NCBI GenBank assembly: GCA_963699835.1
Contig: CAVOVJ010000005.1
Span: 9,939-73,938 of the forward strand
Direction: 5' to 3'
DNA from: an uncultured Gammaproteobacteria bacterium
Lineage (GTDB): Bacteria > Pseudomonadota > Gammaproteobacteria > Steroidobacterales > BM003
DNA length: 64,000 nucleotides
Positions within the stretch are counted from its first letter, which is position 1. Each line of letters starts with the position of its first letter. A program made the translations under genes and the position numbers. Shown here in pieces: positions 7,472-17,065 of the stretch. The notes beneath the pieces were generated by a model. It did no database searches. It was not told where the DNA came from and saw only the letters and a list, made by a program, of their open reading frames with translations.

Positions 7472-10345
7472 ACCAGCGCGTTGGCCAGAAGGCGCATCGT
7501 ACCGAGGGTCGCGCCGCGAAACGACGGTGGTGCCGCGAACAGCACTATTTGCCCGTTGCCGACCGCTTCGCGCACGAGATAGGCGCCGTGCGCCATTCGT
7601 TGCGCGGCTTCCGGCCACAGTAGTCCGCTCATCCGCAGGTCGAGGCCCTGTTCATCGGGCAGCGCCAGCCAGCCGGCGCGGCGTACTGTCTCGTCCTCGC
7701 CTTCAGCGTCGCTTTCGGCTTCAGCTCCAGGACGGTAGGTGCCGAGACGCACCGGTGTTTCAGCCGGCGGGGCCGAAAACAATACCGGCGCGTTGCCGTA
7801 CAACACCGGCAACGTAGCCGCGCTGCCAAAGCTCAGCCAGTGCTCGCGATCGACGCGCGCCGCCACGAATGCGCCCTGTGGCATAAACAATTTCAGCCAA
7901 TCGTCGCGTTTTTGCAGTTCCTCGATTTCGGGCCAGTCCGCATCCGCCGGCCACGGGAACTGATAGTCGGTTGTGACACCGTGCGACCAGGCACTATCGC
8001 CAAGCCGCGTATCCTGCCCGGCCATCGCTTCGCGCAAAACCGCCAGTTCGAAAGTCTGCAGCTCCTCGAGCGCCTGCGGCAGCGCACGCACGGCATCCAC
8101 GCCCTGGTCGGGTTGTGCGAGCTGCGCCGCGGAGTTGCCAATTGCAATCAGCGTACCCCCGGCAGCGACCCAGTCGTTGACCCGTTCCAAGGCCGCGCTG
8201 TCGAGTTCACCCTGCCAGCGGTCCGGCAATACCAGCACGTTATAGCGGCGCAGGTCGGTTTCAGCGAGCAGCGCCTCGTCGATCTGGCTGTGGCGGATGC
8301 CGATCTCCTGGTCCAGCAGTTTCCAGACGTTACCGTAGTCGTAGGGACGGATGCCGCCACGCGCCAGCACGGCGATGGATGGCGCGGCCAGGGGTACGAA
8401 ATATCCGCCGCCGAGATCCGGTGCGTCGCCGGGTCCCCAGCCGCTCGTTATTGCGGTTGGCGCGATCTTCAGCTGGGTTGAGACCGCGTTGATCGCGCTC
8501 GCGAGTTCGTTTTCATCTCGGTTGTCGTAACGGGTAATGAGCACCGATCCGCGCGCAAACGCAGTGCCGTCGAGAGTAAATTCCTTCTCGGCGACGCGTG
8601 CGGTCAGGCCGCGCACGGCAAGCCGTGCCGCCGCGGCGACCGAGCGATCATCGCGGCCGTCAAATACATAGGCGAGTGCAGTGCCATCGACCGGTGGCGG
8701 CACGATTTCAGCCACGCTGACCGGCTCTACCTGGAGCGGCAGCGGGAGCGGCAGTTCCAGCGCCTCCAGCCCGAACATCATCGAGATATTCCATGACGTC
8801 ACGTCGTAGAGTCGGGAGTCGTTGCGCATCAGCAGCTCACGGCGCTCCTTTTGCAGCGTCTCCTCCGGCATGCGCGGATCGAACTCGAGCAGCGTCGCGA
8901 CCAGGTTGGCTTCCGGCTGGCGGTTGGGTACGAGCAGTGTTCCGACAGGAAGACGGACGCTGCTGGTGCGGCCGAGCTGGTCCTTGGCGCGGGTCATCAA
9001 CGGCTGTGTCAGTCGGTAGACCTCGATGCCCTGGAGCTCCATCAGGTCGATAAAGCGCTGGATGCGGCCTTCGTTGCCGTCGGCCAGGATGGCAAAGCTG
9101 CGCCGCGCGTAGGGTCCGTTGGCGCTGACCGCGGCACGGCGGATTTCAACGAAGTTGCGTTTCAGCTGATCGGCGTTTTCATGCAGCGTCTGCAGGTTGG
9201 CCAGGCTGCTGACCAGTTGATGATGGATCGCCTGCGAATAGGTCAAAACCGAGCCGTCCGCGCGGCGAATGCCGTCCTCATCGACGCTGGCCTGTTCGTA
9301 CAACATGCCGACCGCGCCGCGAAAGCCCTGCCCAGGCGTTGGAATAGCCGGGATACCAGCCTTCGTTCCACTCGCCGGTGTAATAGGGCCAGTGGTTGGC
9401 GTCGAAAGCGCGCGCCTGGTCTGCCGCAAACCGCTCGACCCAGAGACGCAGCGACGGCGGCAAGTTCGGGTTATGCGGGTCGCGCGGTGGCGAGAACAGG
9501 TAGGTGTCCTGCGCCCCCATTTCGTGCACGTCCACAAACAGCAGCGGGTTCCAGCCGCCTGCCGCGGCGATGCGGCCACGGCTCTCGGGATTGACGCCAT
9601 AGATCCAGTCGCGGTTCAGGTCGAACAGGTAGTGATTGGTCCTCCCCCAGGGCCAGTAGCCGGTGTGCAGCAACGACTGGTCGTCGATATTGCGTTGCCG
9701 TCCGCGATGCTGCGCGAGCTGCTCGCTGGTGCGATGGCGGCCATCGGGGTTCATCATCGGATCGATCAACACGACGGTATCGCGCAACAAGGCCTCGACA
9801 TCCGGATCGCGCGCCGCGGCCAGGTGATAGGCAAGCGCCAGGGCCGCATCGGCGCCGGAGGTTTCGTTGCCGTGAATTGAATATGCCATCCACGCAACGG
9901 CGGGAAGCTGTTGCAGCAATTCGTCCGCGTCGTCGGGCTCGATTTCGCGCGGATCGGCGATCTTCGCCCATCCGCGACGAATTTCGTCGAGACGGGCGAT
10001 ATTATCGGGATTGCTGATCGCGACGTAGAAAAGACCCCGTCCTTCGTAGCTGCGCGCATATTCGAATACCTCGACGCGCGGACTGGCTTTCGCATAGGCG
10101 TTGATGACTGCCTCTATCTCGGCCGGGGCCGCGATGCGTTTTCCGACGCTGAAGCCCAGCAGGCTCTCCAGAGTCGGAATCTCAGGATCGTAGTTTTCGC
10201 CAGCGAGGATTGGCTTCGGGTACACCAGGTCCGGTTCAACACCCGTTTCGCCGAGTGCGGCGAAAGGTAGCAAGCCAAAGCCGATAATGGCGACCAGCGT
10301 CTGCATTGCGCGCATGCATTGTCTCCTGATGAGCTGAAATTTCAT
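7429..10345 (-). CDS. Secreted M14-family zinc carboxypeptidase (large, ~970 aa); frameshifted as sequenced near 9318-9335
   Basis: ORF 9278..10345 carries a signal peptide and HGNETSG (HxxE), and ends ...WYPGYSNAWAGL. ORF 7429..9600 continues in another frame with RGAVGMLYEQASV... through to the C-terminus. The two join cleanly across gaaagccctgccc. The start could be 10345, 10315 or 10306. Confidence 0.8.
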
Positions 10346-10434
10346 TGTTGCGGGTTATCGGCCGCGGAGGATAACGTAACGGCTGCAGCCTTGGCATCAG
10401 GCCGGGCAAATGGAGTATCCGCTTATGTTTAATT

Positions 10435-11301
10435 TTGCCACGGTTCGCGGCGGTGCGATTGATGATCCTGTTACTGGCGGCGGCGGTGCCGTTGCAGCTG
10501 GTGGCAGCCGAGCCCGAAGACAAGGACTATGTCGAGCGTATGAGCCGCGAACACCGCGACGATGCCCCGGTAGCCAACCCCGCTTCGCAACGCGCCGTCG
10601 TTGTTCCGGTCGTCTCTGCACGAGTCGAATACGCGCGGGTGGGTGAGACCACGGTGAACGGCTTTCTGGCCAGGCCCGAGGAGGCGACCGGTGACCTGCC
10701 AGGGGTCATCCTGATCCACGAATGGTGGGGGCTGAACGACAACATACGTGCAATGGCGGAACAGGTGGCGGCACGCGGTTATGTGGCGCTGGCGGTAGAT
10801 CTCTACGGTGGCAAAACCGCGCAAAACGCAGTGGAGGCGCGCGAACTGGTGGGCCTGTCGATGGAGAATAGCGCCGATATCGAGGAAAATCTGCGCCAGG
10901 CCCATCGCTATCTGACCACCACGGCAGGGGCGGCGCGCGTGGGTACGCTCGGCTGGTGTTTTGGTGGTGGCTGGTCGCTGAATGCCGCGCTGCTGATGCC
11001 CGCTAACATCGATGCAACCGTGATTTATTACGGTCGGCTGGTGACCGACCCGGAGGCGCTGAAGCCGCTCGATATGCCAGTACTCGGTATTTTTGGCAGC
11101 GAAGATCGGGGAATTACGGTTGAGTCGGTCCATGCCTTCGAAACCGCGATGCGCAGTCTCGGCAAGGATGTCACGATCAAGATCTACGAGGGCGCCAATC
11201 ACGCGTTCGCCAACCCATCGGGCCAGCGCTACGATCCGCAGGCAGCCGAGGATGCGTGGGCATTGACCGTGTCGTTTCTGGACCGTCACCTCAAGCGCTA
11301 G
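10435..11301 (+). CDS. Dienelactone hydrolase family protein (secreted)
   Basis: Signal peptide, then GVILIHEWWGLNDNIRAMAEQVAARGYVALAVDLYGG, GWCFGG (nucleophile elbow) and GANHAF. Start is ambiguous (TTG 10435, GTG 10453 or ATG 10462). Confidence 0.85.
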   Translation: MPRFAAVRLMILLLAAAVPLQLVAAEPEDKDYVERMSREHRDDAPVANPASQRAVVVPVVSARVEYARVGETTVNGFLARPEEATGDLPGVILIHEWWGLNDNIRAMAEQVAARGYVALAVDLYGGKTAQNAVEARELVGLSMENSADIEENLRQAHRYLTTTAGAARVGTLGWCFGGGWSLNAALLMPANIDATVIYYGRLVTDPEALKPLDMPVLGIFGSEDRGITVESVHAFETAMRSLGKDVTIKIYEGANHAFANPSGQRYDPQAAEDAWALTVSFLDRHLKR

Positions 11302-11352
11302 GTTGGCGAGCGCCGCGCCGGTTTTGCCGCAAACGCTATTGCGGTAAGGTTG

Positions 11353-12771
11353 ATGGCCGTTCAGTGTTCAGAGGTAAGAGCCTTGCGTCGACAGATTCCG
11401 GTGGTTTTGGGGCTCATCTTGTGGGTGACAGCGGCGCCGGCTGGCGCGCAACAACGGGGTATGCGGGCACCACCGCTCGAGCAACCTGTACTGCATCAGA
11501 TCGCCGCGGACGTTTCCGCAGAGCGGATCCGCGCCGATATCACGCGTCTGGTGGGCTTCGGCACCCGCCATACGCTGTCTGATACCCGGTCGGATACACG
11601 CGGCATCGGCGCGGCGCGGCGCTGGATGCAGGCCCAGTTTCAGCAGATCGGCCGGGATTGCCGCGGTTGCCTCGAAGTCTTGCTGCAGAGTTCTTTTGTC
11701 GAAGGCGAAACGCGGATTCCCGGGCGTGCAGAGATCGTCAATGTTCTGGCGATACAGCGCGGCCAGACCGATCCGAACCGTTACGTCATTATTTCGGGAG
11801 ACATCGATTCGCGTGTCTCGGACGTTATGGACTCGACTTCGGATTCGCCGGGTGCCAACGACAACGCTTCCGGGCTTGCCGCCGTGCTCGAGGCAGCCCG
11901 CGTGTTGTCGCGTTTCAAGTTCTCCGGGTCCATCGTCTACGCCGGTCTGTCGGGTGAAGAGCAGGGTCTCTACGGGGGCAAGATCATGGCGACCAAGGCG
12001 ATTGAGGACGGCTGGCGGATCGAGGCTGTTCTGAACAACGACATGATCGGCAATATCAGCGGGATAAACGGCGTTATCGACAACAGCACTGCCCGGGTCT
12101 TCTCCGAGGGCACGCGTGCTGTGGAGACTCCCGAGGAGGCCCGCTGGCGCAGATTCCACGGTGGCGAGAACGATTCGCCGTCGCGAAACCTGGCGCGTTA
12201 CATCGACGTGATGGCCGACCGCTATGTCCCCAACCTCGATGCGATGCTGATATTCCGGCTCGACCGTTTCGGGCGCGGGGGCCATCACCGGCCGTTCAAT
12301 GACGCCGGTTTTCCGGCAGTCCGGGTGATGGAGACCAACGAGCATTACGATCGCCAGCATCAGGACCTTCGTGTTGAGAACGGCGTGCGTTACGGCGACG
12401 TTCTCGAAGGCGTGGATTTTGCCTATGCCGCAAAACTCACCGCGCTGAATGCGGTGTCGCTTGCCTCGCTGGCCTGGGCGCCGCCGTCGCCGGCAATGGT
12501 GACGATAGCAGGGGCCGTCAGCCCCAGCACCACACTGAGCTGGAGCCGTGCCGGCCGTCGCGAGGCGCCGCACCTGGCGGGGTACAAGATCTACTGGCGG
12601 CCGACCGATGCCGCGGTGTGGACGAACAGCAAATTCGTTGGCGATGTCGAGTCCTATACGCTCGAAAATGTCGTTGTCGATAACTACTTTTTTGGCGTTG
12701 CCAGCGTCAGTCAGTCTGGCTTTGAAAGCAGCGTTGTTTTCCCTGGACCGGAACCTGCCGCCGCCAACTGA
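11353..12771 (+). CDS. M28-family aminopeptidase with a C-terminal fibronectin-III-like domain (secreted)
   Basis: Signal peptide VVLGLILWVTAAPAGA. NDNASGLAAVLEAARVL, SGEEQGLYGG and HHRPFND motifs. The C-terminus has LAGYKIYWRP...YFFGVASV (FN3-like). Confidence 0.85.
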   Translation: MAVQCSEVRALRRQIPVVLGLILWVTAAPAGAQQRGMRAPPLEQPVLHQIAADVSAERIRADITRLVGFGTRHTLSDTRSDTRGIGAARRWMQAQFQQIGRDCRGCLEVLLQSSFVEGETRIPGRAEIVNVLAIQRGQTDPNRYVIISGDIDSRVSDVMDSTSDSPGANDNASGLAAVLEAARVLSRFKFSGSIVYAGLSGEEQGLYGGKIMATKAIEDGWRIEAVLNNDMIGNISGINGVIDNSTARVFSEGTRAVETPEEARWRRFHGGENDSPSRNLARYIDVMADRYVPNLDAMLIFRLDRFGRGGHHRPFNDAGFPAVRVMETNEHYDRQHQDLRVENGVRYGDVLEGVDFAYAAKLTALNAVSLASLAWAPPSPAMVTIAGAVSPSTTLSWSRAGRREAPHLAGYKIYWRPTDAAVWTNSKFVGDVESYTLENVVVDNYFFGVASVSQSGFESSVVFPGPEPAAAN

Positions 12772-12785
12772 GCGGCCAACCTGAA

Positions 12786-13925
12786 ATGCTGCGTCGCGCG
12801 TCTAAATGGATCATCGGTGTGACGATCCTGCTCGTGCTGGCGGGTATCGTTGTCAATGCTCTGCGACCCCGCCCGGTCAGTGTGGTAGTCGCCGCGGCAG
12901 AGGAAGGCATGGTTCGCGAAACGGTGGCGAATACCCGTGCCGGAACCGTAAAGGCCTGCCGCCGGGCGAAGCTGGCGCCCCCGGTCGGCGGCCAGATAGC
13001 GGAGCTGCCCGTGACAGAGGGCGACCGGGTGGAGCAGGGGCAATTGTTGCTGCGGCTCTGGAACGACGATCTTGTGGCGCAGTCGCGCCTGGCGGAGCGC
13101 GATGTGGCGGCGGCCGGGGCCCGCGCCGAAGAGACCTGTGCCGAGGCCGATGTCGCCGGGCGCGAGTCGAAGCGGGTCAGCAAGCTGCGCGAAAGAGGGC
13201 TGTCGTCTGAAGAAGACGCCGATGTCGCGTCGGGCCATGCGCGCGCAAGCGCGGCCGCGTGCAGAGCCATGCGCAGCAGCGTCGGTGTCGCCCAGGCGCG
13301 GGTCGAGGTCGCTGCCGCGGCGTTGGAGCGGATGCGTCTGGTCGCCCCGTTTGCCGGTATCGTCGCCGAGGTCAATGGCGAGCTCGGCGAGTTCGTGACG
13401 CCGTCTCCGGTCGGAATTGCCACGCCGCCGGCGATCGACCTGGTCGATACCAGCTGTATCTATATCACTGCCCCGATCGACGAAGTCGATGCCCCGGCGA
13501 TTCGCACCGGCATGCGGGCCGACGTTACCCTCGACGCGTTTCGGGATCGCAGTTTCCCCGGCACGGTAAGGCGTATCGCCCCGTATGTGCTGGATATCGA
13601 AAAACAGGCGCGAACGGTCGAAATCGAAGCCGAAATCGAAGCGCAAGCGGCAGTCGGCTTGTTGCCCGGTTATAGCGCCGATGTCGAGGTGATCATTGCC
13701 GAGCGTGAGCGCGTGTTGCGGGTGCCGACCGAGGCGATTTTCGATTCGACCCGCACCCTCGTGCTTGACCCGAGCAGCGGTTTGCTGGAGCAGCGCGAGG
13801 TGCAGACCGGGCTGGCCAATTGGGAGTACACCGAGATTACGGGAGGCCTCGCCCGCGGCGAACGTGTCGTTTTATCGCTGGACCGAGAGGGAGTAGCGGC
13901 CGGCGTCGCCGCGCGCGAGGAGTAG
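12786..13925 (+). CDS. Efflux transporter periplasmic adaptor (HlyD/MacA-like)
   Basis: N-terminal TM segment, GQIAELPVTEGDRVEQGQLLLRL (lipoyl-like hairpin), a coiled-coil, then a beta-barrel region. First gene of the exporter operon. Confidence 0.85.
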   Translation: MLRRASKWIIGVTILLVLAGIVVNALRPRPVSVVVAAAEEGMVRETVANTRAGTVKACRRAKLAPPVGGQIAELPVTEGDRVEQGQLLLRLWNDDLVAQSRLAERDVAAAGARAEETCAEADVAGRESKRVSKLRERGLSSEEDADVASGHARASAAACRAMRSSVGVAQARVEVAAAALERMRLVAPFAGIVAEVNGELGEFVTPSPVGIATPPAIDLVDTSCIYITAPIDEVDAPAIRTGMRADVTLDAFRDRSFPGTVRRIAPYVLDIEKQARTVEIEAEIEAQAAVGLLPGYSADVEVIIAERERVLRVPTEAIFDSTRTLVLDPSSGLLEQREVQTGLANWEYTEITGGLARGERVVLSLDREGVAAGVAAREE

Positions 13926-13966
13926 ATGGGCGCGGGCTATACAGCGCCAGATTCGAATCCGGTCCG

Positions 13967-14650
13967 ATGATCGAGCTGCAGCAGATTTCGCGGGTTTTCC
14001 AGGTCGGCGATGAAGAGGTTCATGCGCTGGACGGCGTGAACCTGACGATCGGCGCTGGCGAGTACCTGTCCCTGATGGGTCCGTCGGGATCGGGGAAATC
14101 GACCCTGCTCAATATCCTCGGATTGCTCGACCGGCCAAGCGGCGGGCGCTACGTGCTCGATGGGCGTGACACGACAACGCTCGACGAGCATGAGCAGGCC
14201 GTGGTTCGCGGTCGAAAAGTGGGGTTTGTTTTCCAGTCGTTCCATCTGGTGCCACGTCTGACCGCGTATGAGAATGTCGAGTTGCCGATGTTGCTTGCAG
14301 GCATCGCCGCCGCGGAACGGCGTGAGCGGGCCGGCGCGGCACTCGCTGCGATGGGGCTTGCGGACCGGGCCCGGCATCGACCCGACCAGCTCTCAGGCGG
14401 ACAGCGCCAGCGCATCGCCATCGCGCGTGCGACGATCATGCGCCCGGCCGTACTTCTGGCCGACGAGCCGACCGGAAATCTGGATAGCGCATCCGGAGCA
14501 GACGTCATCGGGGTACTGGAGGGCCTCAGCCGGGACGGCCTGACCCTGGTGGTGGTCACCCATGATGCGGAAGTGGGGCGGCGCGCAGCGCGCCGTCTGC
14601 AGATGATCGATGGCAGGATCGTTGCCGATACCCCGGGAGAGCAACCATGA
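13967..14650 (+). CDS. ABC transporter ATP-binding protein (MacB/LolD-type)
   Basis: ATG 13967 (MIELQQISRVF). Walker A GPSGSGKST, signature LSGGQRQRIAIARA, Walker B LLADEPTGNLD. Confidence 0.9.
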   Translation: MIELQQISRVFQVGDEEVHALDGVNLTIGAGEYLSLMGPSGSGKSTLLNILGLLDRPSGGRYVLDGRDTTTLDEHEQAVVRGRKVGFVFQSFHLVPRLTAYENVELPMLLAGIAAAERRERAGAALAAMGLADRARHRPDQLSGGQRQRIAIARATIMRPAVLLADEPTGNLDSASGADVIGVLEGLSRDGLTLVVVTHDAEVGRRAARRLQMIDGRIVADTPGEQP

Positions 14651-15852
14651 GAGCCTTCGATATCGCAGGATTTGCGCTCCAGTCGCTGCGCCGCGCACCG
14701 GCCCGTAGTTCGCTGATGTTGCTGGCGATGGGTATCGGCGTTGCGGCCGTTATGGTCCTGACCGCGCTTGGGGAAGGCGCCCGGCGCTATGTGACCGGCG
14801 AGTTTGCGTCACTTGGTACCAACCTGGTGATAGTCATACCGGGGCGCTCGGAGACCACGGGCGCGTCGCCTGCGCTGTTCGCCGGTGAGACGCCGCGCGA
14901 CCTGACGGTCGCGGATGCGGCAGCGCTTACCCGCAGCGCCCTGGTCAGCAAGGTTGCCCCGATCATGGTCGGGTCTGCCGCAGCCTCATATGGCAGCCGC
15001 ACCCGGGAGGTGCCGGTCATCGGTTCGACCGCGGAGATGCTGGCCGTGCGGCGCTGGAAACTGGCAGCCGGCGGGTTTCTGCCGCGCGGCGACTGGAGTC
15101 GGGGCGCAACCGTATGTGTCATCGGGGAGAAAATTCGCCGCGAGCTGTTCGGCGCTGCCCCGGCGATCGGCCAGTGGCTGCGGATCGGAGACTGGCGTTT
15201 TCGGGTCGTCGGGGTGCTGGCCTCGGAAGGCCGGTCGATTGGTGTCGATGTCCAGGAACTCGTTGTCATTCCGGTCGCTTCGGCGGAGGCGCTGTTCAAT
15301 AGCCAGGCGTTGTTTCGTGTTCTGGTCGAGGCACGCAGCCGCGAGGTGATGCCGCGGGTCACGCAGTTCGTGCTCGATACGTTGCGCGAGCGGCACCAGG
15401 GCGAGGAGGATGTCACGGTCATTACCCAGGATGCGGTGCTCGCAACCTTTGATCGCATATTCCGCGCCCTGACGATGACGCTGGGCGGCATCGCGGCGAT
15501 CAGTCTTGCGGTTGCCGGCATCCTGATCATGAATGTGATGCTGGTCGCGGTCAGCCAGCGCACCGCCGAGATCGGGTTGCTCAAGGCGCTGGGTGCGGAC
15601 CGGCGCCAGATCATTGCGCTGTTTCTGGTCGAGGCGGTATTGCTGTCGATACTGGGTGCCGTCGTTGGATTGCTGGTCGGGGCCGCCGGTAGCTGGGGCA
15701 TCGGGCGGATCTATCCGGCGCTGGATGTCGTTGCGCCGGGTTGGGCGATCGCAGCCGCAGCCGCGGTAGCGATGGCTACCGGCCTGTTGTTCGGCATCCT
15801 GCCCGCGCGCCGCGCCGCGCAACTCGATCCGATCCGGGCGCTGGCCGGCTGA
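14647..15852 (+). CDS. ABC transporter permease (FtsX/MacB periplasmic-core type)
   Basis: ATGA overlap with the ATPase gene. N-terminal TM, a large periplasmic domain, and a C-terminal FtsX 3-TM bundle (EIGLLKALGA). Confidence 0.85.
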   Translation: MRAFDIAGFALQSLRRAPARSSLMLLAMGIGVAAVMVLTALGEGARRYVTGEFASLGTNLVIVIPGRSETTGASPALFAGETPRDLTVADAAALTRSALVSKVAPIMVGSAAASYGSRTREVPVIGSTAEMLAVRRWKLAAGGFLPRGDWSRGATVCVIGEKIRRELFGAAPAIGQWLRIGDWRFRVVGVLASEGRSIGVDVQELVVIPVASAEALFNSQALFRVLVEARSREVMPRVTQFVLDTLRERHQGEEDVTVITQDAVLATFDRIFRALTMTLGGIAAISLAVAGILIMNVMLVAVSQRTAEIGLLKALGADRRQIIALFLVEAVLLSILGAVVGLLVGAAGSWGIGRIYPALDVVAPGWAIAAAAAVAMATGLLFGILPARRAAQLDPIRALAG

Positions 15853-15861
15853 GGTTGGCGC

Positions 15862-17061
15862 ATGCAAGCACGCGATCTGCTGAAGTTCACGTTTGGTTCG
15901 GTGCGCGCTCACAGGACGCGCACCGGGCTGACCACGCTGGGTATCGCCGTCGGTATCAGCGCAGTCGTTCTGCTGACCTCGATAGGTGAGGGCATCAACC
16001 GCTTCGTGCTCGCGGAGTTTACCCAGTTCGGCACCACGATCATCGGAATCAATCCGGGCAAGGCGACGACCTTTGGCGCGTCGGCCGGCATATTTAATAC
16101 AGTGCGGCCGCTTTCTATTGACGATGCCGAGGCGCTCGCCCGGGCTCCGTATGTAGAGTCGGTGGTGCCGCTGGTACAGGGGAATGCCGAGGTAGAAGTC
16201 GGCGGCCGCAAGCGGCGAACAACGGTCTATGGGGTCGGCAACGAGTTTCCCCAGGCATTCAGTTTCGCCGTAGCCAGCGGTGAATTTCTCCCGGACGACG
16301 ACCCACGCGCACCGCGCGCACTTGCGGTGCTTGGCAGCAAGCTGCGGCAGGAGTTGTTTGGCGCGAGTAATGCCCTCGGCGGGCGCATTCGTGTTGGCGG
16401 GGCGCGCTACCGGGTGGTCGGTGTGATGGAGCCGAAAGGCCAGGTCCTCGGTTTCGATCTCGACGACACCGTCTATATCCCGGCGGCGCGGGCGCTGGAG
16501 ATGTTCAACCGCGACAGCCTGATGGAAATCGACGTGATGTATGCCGAGGATGCGCCCATTGCCGAGGTCGTGGCAGCGATCGAACGCATCCTCGTATCGC
16601 GTCACGGCGGCGAGGACTTCACGATTACGACCCAGCAACAAATGCTCGATGTACTCGACTCGGTACTGGGCGTGCTCACTTTCGCGGTCGGCGCGCTTGG
16701 TGGCATTTCGCTGCTGGTCGGGGGCGTGGGTATCTTTACGATCATGGTGATCGCGGTGCGCGAGCGGACGGCGGAAGTCGGTCTGCTGCGCGCTCTCGGG
16801 GCGACGCGGCAACAGGTCCAGACACTGTTTCTTGCCGAGGCGGTCGTGCTGGCCGCTGCGGGCGGGTTGCTAGGCCTGTTGCTCGGTGCCGGGGGTGCGC
16901 AACTGCTCGGCGTCGCGGTGCCGGCGCTGCCGGTGCATACCCCGATGTTGTTCGTATTGCTGGCTGAGGTGACCGCGCTGACGATCGGGCTTGTGGCGGG
17001 CGTAATGCCGGCGCGTCAGGCTTCGCGCCTCGAGCCGGTGGAGGCATTGCGCGCCGAATGA
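15862..17061 (+). CDS. ABC transporter permease (FtsX type), second paralog
   Basis: Same architecture as 14647..15852 (EVGLLRALGAT, C-terminal PARQASRLEPVEALRAE). Confidence 0.85.
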   Translation: MQARDLLKFTFGSVRAHRTRTGLTTLGIAVGISAVVLLTSIGEGINRFVLAEFTQFGTTIIGINPGKATTFGASAGIFNTVRPLSIDDAEALARAPYVESVVPLVQGNAEVEVGGRKRRTTVYGVGNEFPQAFSFAVASGEFLPDDDPRAPRALAVLGSKLRQELFGASNALGGRIRVGGARYRVVGVMEPKGQVLGFDLDDTVYIPAARALEMFNRDSLMEIDVMYAEDAPIAEVVAAIERILVSRHGGEDFTITTQQQMLDVLDSVLGVLTFAVGALGGISLLVGGVGIFTIMVIAVRERTAEVGLLRALGATRQQVQTLFLAEAVVLAAAGGLLGLLLGAGGAQLLGVAVPALPVHTPMLFVLLAEVTALTIGLVAGVMPARQASRLEPVEALRAE

Positions 17062-17065
17062 GGCG

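Noticed and set aside
10471-12573. Minus-strand ORFs of 272 aa and 401 aa
   Set aside because: They are antisense shadows of the dienelactone hydrolase and M28 peptidase genes, with low-complexity R/H/P-rich translations.
13940-13970. TTCGAATCC T-loop-like motif suggesting a tRNA
   Set aside because: The flanking bases do not form a T-stem or an acceptor stem, and the motif sits at the start of the ABC ATPase gene.
14986-16812. 608-aa minus-strand ORF, the third-longest ORF in the window
   Set aside because: It lies antisense to two well-supported FtsX permease genes. Its Arg/Pro/His/Asp-rich composition is typical of shadow ORFs in GC-rich DNA, and it has no recognisable motifs.
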